Shown here in pieces: positions 1 through 8,342 of a stretch of DNA of 64,000 nt. The DNA is taken from NCBI GenBank assembly GCA_964559345.1, contig CAZLIE010000001.1:11013-75012 (forward strand). Direction: 5' to 3'. The DNA is from an uncultured Terriglobales bacterium. Lineage in GTDB: Bacteria > Acidobacteriota > Terriglobia > Terriglobales > Acidobacteriaceae. Made by a program: the position numbers and the translations under genes. The notes below the pieces were generated by a model. That model was not told where the DNA came from and did no database searches. It saw only the letters and a list, made by a program, of their open reading frames with translations. The first letter of the stretch is position 1, and every line of letters starts with the position of its first letter.

Positions 1-454
1 TTCTGGCTAAATCCACTCGTCCGGTGAGGAGTTTTTGCCGGACCGATGCGCTGAGGAAGAACAACAGCAGGTCGCCGTTCGTGTTATCTCCGGGCACTCT
101 TGATAGATTGGCCGCCACCGGACTGGTCCATCCAGCATTTGTGTTGCGGCAGGTCGCAAAACCCTGAGTCGAAGTGCCGCCAGCCGTGTTTCGGAACATG
201 GCAAAACATGAAGTGCGATTTAGGACTGCGTCGGGAATTGCATTGTTCGGATCCGCGATTAGCTCCTCGAGCGCCGCTCCGGATTCGTGCAAAGCCAACA
301 GCAGTGGCGGTGTCGTGGGCCGGGCAACCGCCACGACCGGACGTGTCGGCGGAGCCGGTGTGCTGACTCTCGCCGGCTGCTGCTTGGCACAGCCAGCGAA
401 GACGCAGGCGATCGCAATTACCGCCGACTGGAAAGACAGAGTGGGACGCTTCAT
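1..454 (-). CDS. Lipoprotein, 3' end truncated by the window edge; possibly SYLF/Ysc84 (DUF500) lipid-binding family
   Basis: Minus-strand frame is open from ATG (complement of 452-454) to the window start, so it is absent from the ORF track. Translation starts MKRPTLSFQSAVIAIACVFAGCAKQQ (signal peptide plus lipobox FAGC). Later IPDAVLNRTSCFAMF...GFATCRNTNAGWTSPV resembles the SYLF core. Confidence 0.55.
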   Translation of the reverse strand, partial: MKRPTLSFQSAVIAIACVFAGCAKQQPARVSTPAPPTRPVVAVARPTTPPLLLALHESGAALEELIADPNNAIPDAVLNRTSCFAMFRNTAGGTSTQGFATCRNTNAGWTSPVAANLSRVPGDNTNGDLLLFFLSASVRQKLLTGRVDLAR

Positions 455-632
455 CTCAGGAACATCAATGTCATAGCAGAAGCGAGTTGAACGATTTGAG
501 ATGCTCGCCGCAACGCGGAAAAGTAGCCCGCGACCAGCTACTCTGGATTTTGCAGGTATCAGAGTCTCAGTTCGTCAAAAGTGACCTTATACTGAGAAGA
601 ACAGTTTTCCAGAGGCTGAAGTTCGCGCACAG

Positions 633-1928
633 ATGGCTGAACCAGTACCAATTTGGCCAGGGCCAGAGACAGCTCCCTCTCTGAGCGACTACTCTGCTCT
701 CGAGCGACTGGCACATGATCTCCTAAGCGAGATAGACGCGAGCGGTGTTGCCATTGCTCACGAGAGCGACGGCCGCATGGTATGCATCGTGAGTTGTGGT
801 CGCGTGGCGCCTCCGCAGGGGGCGGTTGTGGACGTAAACAGCGGCATCACCGGAAGATGTCTCAGAGAATCGCGTCCGCTGCATTGCTATGACACTGAGC
901 TTGATCCGCGAGTGGATAAAGATGTGTGTCGAAGACTCGGCATTCGTTCGCTCGCGATTGCGCCGTTCCATTCTGGTGCAAAGGCCATCGGATTTGCACA
1001 GGCTTTCTCCGACCGGCCGGGAGCGTTCGATCCCATTCAGATGGCGAAGCTCGAAACACTCGCGCAGCGAGCTGCCGGAATTCTGCTTGGCGATCAATCG
1101 ACGAGTGAACCTGCCTCTGCACCCTTGTTGCAGACGGCTTCGGAACAGCTGCTTTCGGCTGAGATGGAAGAACCGGTGGAGGAGCAAACGGCCATTACTC
1201 AGCCGAAGAATAATGAGGAGAGTGCGCCGAGGTTCTTGACGGGAGCAGCTCCGGCAAGATCGTCTCGCGGCATCGCTCGAACTTTCACCTGGGTTGCGTT
1301 GGTGCTGGTTGGGAGCGTGGCGGCACTATCATTGCCGAGACTCGTCCATCGTCGCACCGAGCAACGAATGATAACCGCGACGTCAGCGGCAGTTCCGTCC
1401 CTAACTCAGCCACCGTCCGCCGAGGGAGTGTCGGTCCGTCCGGCGGATGCGGTAGAAGTCCAGCGACCAGCTTCGGAATCGCTGCAACAAATATCCCAAG
1501 AGGCACGGGCTGGCGATTCGTTCGCGCAATTGCAGTTGGCCGGCGAGTACGCGAGCGGGAAGGCTCTTCCCAAAGATCTGGTGAAGGCCGCTGTCTGGTA
1601 CATTATGTCCGCCAATTCCGGGAACCAGTCGGCGAAGGACGCAGCGGTGCAGATCACTCGCCAGCTCCGGCCGTTTGAGATCGCGCAAGTTCGATTCAAT
1701 GTTGGCAAGTTGTTTGCCGATGGCATTGGGACTGAGAAGAACTCGGTATCCGCGTATCTGTGGTTCGCGCTGGCCGAGGCCGCAGGCGATGTTCGCGCCA
1801 AAGCGGAAGAAGGTAAGCTCGCGGAAATGATGACCGTCGCAGAGATCAACGATGCCCAGACGCGCGCATCCACTTGGCTGTCGGGCCATCGACACCAGGC
1901 TACTGCGGCGCTTCATCAACCGAAATAA
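633..1928 (+). CDS. GAF domain - transmembrane helix - Sel1/SLR repeat protein
   Basis: The N-terminal ~150 aa has a GAF-like pattern (GVAIAHESDGRMVCIVSCG...SGITGRCL...SLAIAP). A hydrophobic helix follows (TFTWVALVLVGSVAALSL). The C-terminus has two Sel1-like repeats (LAGEYASGKALPKDLVKAAVWY; GKLFADGIGTEKNSVSAYLWFALAE). Confidence 0.7.
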   Translation: MAEPVPIWPGPETAPSLSDYSALERLAHDLLSEIDASGVAIAHESDGRMVCIVSCGRVAPPQGAVVDVNSGITGRCLRESRPLHCYDTELDPRVDKDVCRRLGIRSLAIAPFHSGAKAIGFAQAFSDRPGAFDPIQMAKLETLAQRAAGILLGDQSTSEPASAPLLQTASEQLLSAEMEEPVEEQTAITQPKNNEESAPRFLTGAAPARSSRGIARTFTWVALVLVGSVAALSLPRLVHRRTEQRMITATSAAVPSLTQPPSAEGVSVRPADAVEVQRPASESLQQISQEARAGDSFAQLQLAGEYASGKALPKDLVKAAVWYIMSANSGNQSAKDAAVQITRQLRPFEIAQVRFNVGKLFADGIGTEKNSVSAYLWFALAEAAGDVRAKAEEGKLAEMMTVAEINDAQTRASTWLSGHRHQATAALHQPK

Positions 1929-1960
1929 GTTTCAGACACTTTCTACATGAGCGAGGTGCA

Positions 1961-2161
1961 ATGAGAGACATTCACGAAGTGATTCGCGAAAAGGAATCAG
2001 AGCAGTCGCGGTTAAACGAAGAACTCGGAGCGCTGCGGCTCGCCGAGCGCCTGCTGAACGATACTCCCGCCCAAACCGGGGTCCGAGACGGATCCTCAAA
2101 ATTGCCGCCGAGCCGCGAGGAAGTTCCTGAGCGGCCAGCGCAGAGGAAAGCGTTTCCATAA
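1961..2161 (+). CDS. Small hypothetical coiled-coil protein (66 aa)
   Basis: ATG at 1961 is preceded by GAGGTG 4 nt upstream. The N-terminus is a predicted helix (MRDIHEVIREKESEQSRLNEELGALRLAERLL). No family recognised. Confidence 0.4.
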   Translation: MRDIHEVIREKESEQSRLNEELGALRLAERLLNDTPAQTGVRDGSSKLPPSREEVPERPAQRKAFP

Positions 2162-2165
2162 GTAT

Positions 2166-3347
2166 TTATTTTCGAGAAGCGAGTTCGCGCCCGGCCGCGG
2201 CTCCTGACGCCCACGCCCACTGGAAGTTGAATCCGCCGAGATGGCCGGTGACATCCACCACTTCCCCGATGAAAAACAGGCCAGGCACGCGGCTGCTTTC
2301 CATCGTCTTGGCTGAGAGTTCGTTTGTGTCAACGCCGCCGGCGGTGACTTCGGCTTTATCGTATCCCTCGGTGGCGTCGGGTGTGATCTCCCAGTTGTGT
2401 AGGCGCGATTCGAGTTCAGTGAGGCCTGCGTTCGTCCACTGAGCAGGCGCATGCAAATCTAACCACCGATCGGCGAAGCGCGCGGGGGAGATGGATCGCA
2501 GCTCGCTTCTTGCCGCCGTGTCGCGATGCGCAGTTTGCTCGCGCAGCTTGGAGAAGACTTCGCGCTCAGGAGCGAGGTCCAGGTGAATCGCACTCTTCTG
2601 GTGCCAGTACGTACTCACCTGGAGGATCGCAGGCCCGCTGAGTCCGCGATGTGTAATCAGCATCTTCTCGCGAAACCGCGCTCCGTTAGCGGAGGCAATC
2701 ACTTCCGATGAGACTCCCGACAGATCGCAGTATCTGCGCTGGTCGTCGGCTGAGAGCGTAAATGCAACCAGCGCCGGGCGGCACTCCCGCACTGCAATAT
2801 CAAACTGACGGGCGAGTTCATAGCCGAACCCCGTGGCGCCCATCTTCGGAATGGAGAGGCCGCCGGTCGCGACGACGAGAGCGCGAGAAGTAAAAGAACC
2901 TCGGTTGGTAATAACGGCGAACTCAGTCCCGCGCGTCACCTCCTGCACATTTGTCTTTGTCAGGATCTGTACCCGTGCGCTCTGGCGTTCCGCCTCGAGC
3001 ATGTTGACGATGTCGCTGGCGTGACGATCGCAAAAGAGCTGTCCGAGCGTCTTCTCGTGATAAGGAATCCGATGCTTCTCGACCAGAGCAATAAAATCAG
3101 CCGGCCTGTAGCGCGCCAGTGCCGATTTAGCGAAGTGCGGATTTGCGGATATGAAGTTCGCAGGCTCGCAATAAATGTTGGTGAAGTTGCAGCGCCCGCC
3201 GCCGGAAATCAGGATTTTCTTTCCGATACGATCAGCGCGCTCAATCACGGCAACGCGTTTGCCGCCTTTACCGGCTTCGATCGCGCACATCAGTCCGGCA
3301 GCGCCGGCCCCCAGGACGATCACATCGAAAGCCTGCGCAGAGGACAT
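2166..3347 (-). CDS. NAD(P)/FAD-dependent oxidoreductase, HI0933/YhiN/BaiN family
   Basis: N-terminal dinucleotide fold VIVLGAGAAGLMCA, then ISGGGRCNFTN, and C-terminal FFIGEVVDVTGHLGGFNFQWAWASG, all typical of the HI0933-like family. Confidence 0.85.
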   Translation of the reverse strand: MSSAQAFDVIVLGAGAAGLMCAIEAGKGGKRVAVIERADRIGKKILISGGGRCNFTNIYCEPANFISANPHFAKSALARYRPADFIALVEKHRIPYHEKTLGQLFCDRHASDIVNMLEAERQSARVQILTKTNVQEVTRGTEFAVITNRGSFTSRALVVATGGLSIPKMGATGFGYELARQFDIAVRECRPALVAFTLSADDQRRYCDLSGVSSEVIASANGARFREKMLITHRGLSGPAILQVSTYWHQKSAIHLDLAPEREVFSKLREQTAHRDTAARSELRSISPARFADRWLDLHAPAQWTNAGLTELESRLHNWEITPDATEGYDKAEVTAGGVDTNELSAKTMESSRVPGLFFIGEVVDVTGHLGGFNFQWAWASGAAAGRELASRK

Positions 3348-3491
3348 CTTCCAATTGTAAGGTCAGGATTTTCGGCGGATGATGTTAGCCAGCCGCGTCG
3401 CGGTACGCTATCCTAACCAGTTTCGATTTGCGCCGTGGTTGCGGCGCATGCAACCGGCTCGACGTCCACATCGGTTTCAGAAGGAACTCAA

Positions 3492-4793
3492 TTGATCCCA
3501 CGCTATACCCGTCCCCAGATGGGACGCATTTGGAGTGACGAGAATAAGTTCCGCATGTGGCTGAAGGTGGAAACGGCCGCCACGGAGACGCTCGCCGGCG
3601 CGGGCCAGGTGCCGCAATCGGCAGCCAAGGCCATTCGCGAGAAAGGCGACTTTGACCTTGAGCGCATCCAAGTGCTCGAAGCCGAGATCAAACACGATGT
3701 AATCGCCTTCACCACCGCGGTCGCGGAGAAGATGGGAACCGAATCGCGCTGGCTGCACTTCGGCCTCACCTCGAACGACGTCGTCGATACCGCGCAGGCG
3801 CTGCAGATTCGCGATGCATCGGCGATCATCCGCGAAGGTCTGGGCAAGCTGCAGGAAGTCCTCAAACGGCGCGCATTCGAGTTCAAGCACACGCCGACAG
3901 TTGGACGCACGCATGGCGTCCATGCCGAACCGACGACGTTCGGCCTGAAACTGGCGAATTGGTACTCGGAGATCGGGCGCGACATCGCCCGCTTCGAGTT
4001 CGCGGCGGAAGATATGCGCGTGGGAAAAATTTCCGGGGCAGTGGGCACGCTCGCCCACATGAGTCCGGAAAACGAAGAGAAGATTTGCCAGCGGCTTGGA
4101 CTTAAGGCCGCAGCGATTTCGAGCCAGGTGATCCAGCGTGACCGTCATGCGTTCTACATCGCGACCCTCGCGGTGATTGCCACCACCCTAGACAAAATTG
4201 CCGTAGAAATCCGGCATCTGCAGCGCACTGAGGTGCGCGAGGCCGAAGAGTATTTCAGCGAAAAGCAAAAAGGCTCGTCGGCGATGCCGCACAAGCGTAA
4301 TCCGGTGAACAGCGAGCAGATCAGCGGACTGTCGCGGGTGGTGCGTTCGAATTCCCAGACTGCGCTGGAGAATGTTGCGCTCTGGCACGAGCGCGACATC
4401 TCACACTCGTCGTCGGAGCGCATCATCCTCCCCGATTCGACCATCCTCATCGACTACCTTCTGAACAAGACAACGGTCCTCATCGACACCCTGCTGGTTT
4501 ATCCGGAACGCATGTTAGAGAACCTCGAAGGCAGCGGGGGCCTGATCTTCAGCGGACAGTTGCTGCTCGACCTGGCTGAAGCCGGAATGTTGCGGGAAGA
4601 TGCGTATCGTCTGGTGCAGAAGCACGCGATGGATTCATGGAAGACCGGCAACAATTTCCGCGAGGCTATCGGCAACGACCATGAAATCCGGGCAAAGCTC
4701 TCACCGCAACAGATCGAGTGCGCCTTCAGCCTGGATCGTCAACTGGGAAGCGTGGATAGGATTTTCGAACGAGTTTTTGGCAAGCAGGTGTGA
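3492..4793 (+). CDS. purB: Adenylosuccinate lyase
   Basis: Full-length similarity to PurB, including GRTHGVHAEPTTFGLK, GKISGAVGT, the signature SSAMPHKRNP and WHERDISHSS. The TTG at 3492 gives the canonical N-terminus (L/M)IPRYTRPQM. The ORF is also open upstream to GTG 3435. Confidence 0.93.
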   Translation: MIPRYTRPQMGRIWSDENKFRMWLKVETAATETLAGAGQVPQSAAKAIREKGDFDLERIQVLEAEIKHDVIAFTTAVAEKMGTESRWLHFGLTSNDVVDTAQALQIRDASAIIREGLGKLQEVLKRRAFEFKHTPTVGRTHGVHAEPTTFGLKLANWYSEIGRDIARFEFAAEDMRVGKISGAVGTLAHMSPENEEKICQRLGLKAAAISSQVIQRDRHAFYIATLAVIATTLDKIAVEIRHLQRTEVREAEEYFSEKQKGSSAMPHKRNPVNSEQISGLSRVVRSNSQTALENVALWHERDISHSSSERIILPDSTILIDYLLNKTTVLIDTLLVYPERMLENLEGSGGLIFSGQLLLDLAEAGMLREDAYRLVQKHAMDSWKTGNNFREAIGNDHEIRAKLSPQQIECAFSLDRQLGSVDRIFERVFGKQV

Positions 4794-4808
4794 GAACCCG
4801 CACGAGAT

Positions 4809-5057
4809 GCATGCCACACCGAACCAAAATGCCTCGGGAAAGCTTCGTATCGGGGAGAGCTTCGTGTCAGGGCATGGCCTCCAGCCATGCCGATGATCAG
4901 TGCTCATACCCGCCTTCCAGCCGCTGGGTACGGCATTGTTGTTTAAAGTTCATCGATAAAAGCGCAGCGGCTAAAGCCGGACCATATTGCTAACGGCATG
5001 GCTGAAGGCCATGCCCTGCACAGAGCTTCAGAACCGAACCTGCCATCTGTGGCATGC
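4809..5057. repeat. Composite palindromic (REP-like) element between convergent genes
   Basis: Outer inverted repeat GCATGCCACA (4809-4818) / TGTGGCATGC (5048-5057). Inner arms at 4864-4892 and 4994-5021 are reverse complements apart from 1 indel and 1 mismatch. Each arm contains its own hairpin, GGCATGGC-N5-GCCATGCC (4871-4891 and 4995-5015). Confidence 0.7.
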
Positions 5058-5093
5058 GCTTTGACTGCAATACGACCGCGGTGCAGGCCGCGC

Positions 5094-6773
5094 TCAGGCC
5101 GCCAGCAAATCAGCTTTTCGTTGTCGCACTTTGCGGACCGTTGAGAAGTACGCATCGCGAGCGCCTCGCGAGAGTCGCCGAAAGAACAGCGACCGCGCTT
5201 CTCTCCTGGTGAGACGACCGGCCAGGTACGCGCTGTAGAGGTCGCCGCCGAGCAGCGCTCCGAGGTGTTGCGCGAGCAGCGCATGTGCGCTTGGCAATCC
5301 GGCAAAGAATTCCTGGAGCGCTCGGGGCTTTGCCGCATAGCTGCGCGAATGCAGCTCATAATCGCGATGTAGTGCAACACAATCCAACATGCACATATAG
5401 TCGCCATACGAGAGAAGTGAGCTGGCTTCTACCTCTTCGCGCGGCAGATCGTAGAACGCAAACAGGTCTTCCTCATCGCTCACCGGATGTGAGGGATAAA
5501 GAACGCGAGCGCCGAAGTGAGTGAGCGCATATTCCATCGCCTGTCGATATAGCGCGTCTTCCCGGCTGTACTGGTCGATGGCAATCACGTTACTGCCCTC
5601 GAACTCCCGGCTGGCATGATGGACAAATGCCGCGGCTACCCGGGTCGCACTCTGCATTCGGAAGTGGCGGATGACGACAAAGTTCATTTCAGGCATGTAG
5701 GCCATTCCGTGCTCCACCACATCTTCCATTGCCCGCTGGCGCACCTGCTTTGAGATCGCCTTGCGCAACAGCAGCATTCGAGCCTGTTCCAAAGAACTCA
5801 CGTTTGCGACTTCAGGATAGGAATCGACCAAATATCGGCTCTCGCCGTCGTCGTCGCTGGGATAGCGTCCAATTTGCAGGAATGAGAGCAATGCTTCAAT
5901 CAAGTCGTATAGCGCCGGAGAGAAGTCAGACTTTGTATTCGATTGACTTCTCCAGCGCGCCAGCCACATTCGGTAGCTCTGCCATTTCTCAACGGGCGTC
6001 GAATTGAAGACTGCCGCCGTGTGTGGATCAACTTGAAGAGCTTCGATCTTATGCCGCAATTCACCGGCGGCACGGAAGTAGAGAGCGTCCACATTTTGGA
6101 GAACCATCCGCGTGCGTTCATTTGGAAGTTTCCCGCGTACATGCAGCGGAAGATGGTTCGGGGCAAGGTGAGACTCGCCGAAGAGCACGACGATGACCGC
6201 ATCCGGATGCCGCCTGCGCGCGTTAGCCACTGCCTGCGCAGCATGGCGGTCCCGCTGCGAAATACGCCGCATATTGCCGCGCGGAGGGCAGTCCGCCCCG
6301 TAGATGGAAATTCCGTGCGCCCGGGCAGCCTTCAGCGTCTCCAGAATCGGCTCCCACGCGTAGCCCCAATCGGTATCGAAGCGAATTCGCTGCCGCAATT
6401 CTGAATCGGAGATCGTGCCGGCGTGCCACTCGTCCAAAATGTGCTGGTCACACGTGAAGATCGTCTCAAGCAGAAGAGCCATTGGCCTGGACTGAGCTTT
6501 TGAGAGTTCCTGTACCACTTTTCTAAGAAATGCCTGGCACGATTCCACAGCGTGGAAATCACTGATCAGTAGTATGTCTGCGTCGCAGCAGAACCGGAAC
6601 AAGTCTTCTTTGGACAGAATTCGGCTGTAGGAACGGTAAGCCTGAGTAAAGTCCTGAACATATTTCTGCCGGCTTACCCGATCGAATGCGCCAATGTGCC
6701 GCTGCAGAGGCACAAGTACATGCCGCTCGGCCGCACTGCGGCGGCGGGCTCTGGCTATGGATGTGCGTGGCAT
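5094..6773 (-). CDS. Hypothetical protein with a ChaN/Tiki/erythromycin-esterase-like superfamily N-terminal region
   Basis: Long ORF with coding-like composition. Motifs LLISDFHAVESCQ and VVLFGESHLAPNHLP resemble the paired GxxH motifs of the ChaN/Tiki fold. No signal peptide. The ORF extends to 6845, which would overlap the divergent ubiX start, so the ATG at 6773 is preferred. Confidence 0.55.
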   Translation of the reverse strand: MPRTSIARARRRSAAERHVLVPLQRHIGAFDRVSRQKYVQDFTQAYRSYSRILSKEDLFRFCCDADILLISDFHAVESCQAFLRKVVQELSKAQSRPMALLLETIFTCDQHILDEWHAGTISDSELRQRIRFDTDWGYAWEPILETLKAARAHGISIYGADCPPRGNMRRISQRDRHAAQAVANARRRHPDAVIVVLFGESHLAPNHLPLHVRGKLPNERTRMVLQNVDALYFRAAGELRHKIEALQVDPHTAAVFNSTPVEKWQSYRMWLARWRSQSNTKSDFSPALYDLIEALLSFLQIGRYPSDDDGESRYLVDSYPEVANVSSLEQARMLLLRKAISKQVRQRAMEDVVEHGMAYMPEMNFVVIRHFRMQSATRVAAAFVHHASREFEGSNVIAIDQYSREDALYRQAMEYALTHFGARVLYPSHPVSDEEDLFAFYDLPREEVEASSLLSYGDYMCMLDCVALHRDYELHSRSYAAKPRALQEFFAGLPSAHALLAQHLGALLGGDLYSAYLAGRLTRREARSLFFRRLSRGARDAYFSTVRKVRQRKADLLAA

Positions 6774-6836
6774 GCGTGCTCCGGCCGATGCACTGGGAGT
6801 GGTGCTATCTGATATGTTGGATGCTTCCGGCGAGCT

Positions 6837-7445
6837 ATGCAGCAAGTTCCACAGAATCTGACGATTGCAGCCACTGGCGCGAGCGGCGCCATCTTTACCC
6901 GTGAGCTGCTGCGGCTGGTCGAGCGCGACGCGCGAGTGAAGACTGCGAACTTCGTCGCGTCAGAGAATTCGTTGCGCGTCCTTGCCGAGGAGCTCGAGAT
7001 CCGCGGTCGCAGCGATCTGCTGACGCAGTTACTCGGCGCGCCCAGCGCGAAAATTCACGAGCAACACAACAAAGACATTGGCGCGAACATTGCCAGCGGT
7101 TCTTATCCCACTGACGCGATGATTGTCATCCCCTGCAGCATGGGAACGCTCGCCGGAATCGCGAATGGTCTGGCGGTGAATCTCATTCATCGCGCCGCCG
7201 ATGTTTGTCTCAAAGAGAAGCGTCCGTTGGTCTTGTGCGTGCGCGAGTCCCCGATCAACAAGATCCATATTCGCAATATGTTCCGGACGGCAGATGCAGG
7301 AGCGACGGTGTATCCGCTTGTTCCGACTTTCTACAATCATCCTAAGTCGATCGAAGAGATGGCGCAACAGTTCGCTTCTCGCGTGCTCGCGCATATTGGC
7401 CTCGAACAAGACGACGCATATGTGTGGAAGCCGGACAAGAAATAG
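6837..7445 (+). CDS. ubiX: Flavin prenyltransferase UbiX
   Basis: IAATGASGAIF..., VIPCSMGTLAGIANGL and LVLCVRESPINKIHIRNM are typical UbiX/Pad1 motifs; ~200 aa. Confidence 0.9.
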   Translation: MQQVPQNLTIAATGASGAIFTRELLRLVERDARVKTANFVASENSLRVLAEELEIRGRSDLLTQLLGAPSAKIHEQHNKDIGANIASGSYPTDAMIVIPCSMGTLAGIANGLAVNLIHRAADVCLKEKRPLVLCVRESPINKIHIRNMFRTADAGATVYPLVPTFYNHPKSIEEMAQQFASRVLAHIGLEQDDAYVWKPDKK

Positions 7446-7898
7446 TCACTGGATAACTTTGCGGATCACAGCAGCAGTCTCAGGCGCGACCGCCAATTCT
7501 CTGAGTTCATCCAGACCTGCCCAGCGAAGCTCACTTACATCACTCCCGGCGATCGGCTCGCCGGCGAGCACGCGGCACAAATAGTCGATCAGGACAAAGT
7601 GATATTGCACCCGGCCGGAGCTGTCGGGCAGTATGCGTTCAAAGACCTCGACCAGCTTCAGCGGTTCGACCGTAAGCCCAGTCTCTTCTTTTATCTCGCG
7701 GATAACTGCCGCTTTCGTGGTTTCGCCGGTTTCGACCAGACCTCCGGGTATTGACCACTGTCCCTGCAGAGGAGGGTTGGCGCGGCGCACCAGGAGCACG
7801 CGACCGCCATTCACGATAAGTGCCCCGACGCCGAGCAGCGGACGATCAGGATATTCGCGCGAGGGCAATTTGTCTCCGCACCAGGGACGAACTGGCAA
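7446..7898 (-). CDS. NUDIX hydrolase
   Basis: Complete Nudix box GLVETGETTKAAVIREIKEETGL (Gx5Ex7REUxEExGU). Confidence 0.88.
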   Translation of the reverse strand: MPVRPWCGDKLPSREYPDRPLLGVGALIVNGGRVLLVRRANPPLQGQWSIPGGLVETGETTKAAVIREIKEETGLTVEPLKLVEVFERILPDSSGRVQYHFVLIDYLCRVLAGEPIAGSDVSELRWAGLDELRELAVAPETAAVIRKVIQ

Positions 7899-7991
7899 TC
7901 TAGGTCAGAAAACCTTCGGGCTCGAGTAAGAGGGGAGCACGCATTAGATCTCCGGGTAAGGTTTTTCCGTCGTTAGTGCAATGCTAACTTC

Positions 7992-8342
7992 CTAGGCCGC
8001 CTTGTTGCCTCTCCGCTCCGCCCAGCGCTTCTTCATCATCTCGGAGATGCGCTTGCGGCCTGCGGCACTAATGCCGCGCCGACGCCCGGTTGACGCTGAC
8101 TTGTGCGCAGTCGAGCTGCCAGTGCCGGTTCTTCCCCTCCGTTGTGCCGCCCATCGTCTCTTCTGCGCTTCGGAAATTCGTCTTCTTCCTTCGGCGCTCA
8201 TGCGGCGCGCACCACGTCGTGGCGTAGATCCGGTGGAAGTAGTGGCCACTGCACGACTGCGTCCGCCACCAAGTGCGGCGATTGCCTGGTCTAACCGGTC
8301 GCGTTCCGCCGTCAATTCTTGAATGATTTGTTCTGTATTCAC
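7992..8342 (-). CDS. Small, very basic hypothetical protein with an internally duplicated R/K-rich motif
   Basis: GTG start with AAGGAG 5 nt upstream. N-terminal helix MNTEQIIQELTAERDRLDQAIAAL. Two copies of R-x-(M/I)SAxGRxRISExxKxRWAxxR follow (aa 45-69 and 87-111). Confidence 0.6.
   Translation of the reverse strand: MNTEQIIQELTAERDRLDQAIAALGGGRSRAVATTSTGSTPRRGARRMSAEGRRRISEAQKRRWAAQRRGRTGTGSSTAHKSASTGRRRGISAAGRKRISEMMKKRWAERRGNKAA

Noticed and set aside
8002-8322. 106-aa plus-strand ORF mirroring the basic-repeat gene
   Set aside because: It is the mirror frame of an Arg-rich gene. It has no RBS, whereas the minus-strand gene has AAGGAG at ideal spacing.
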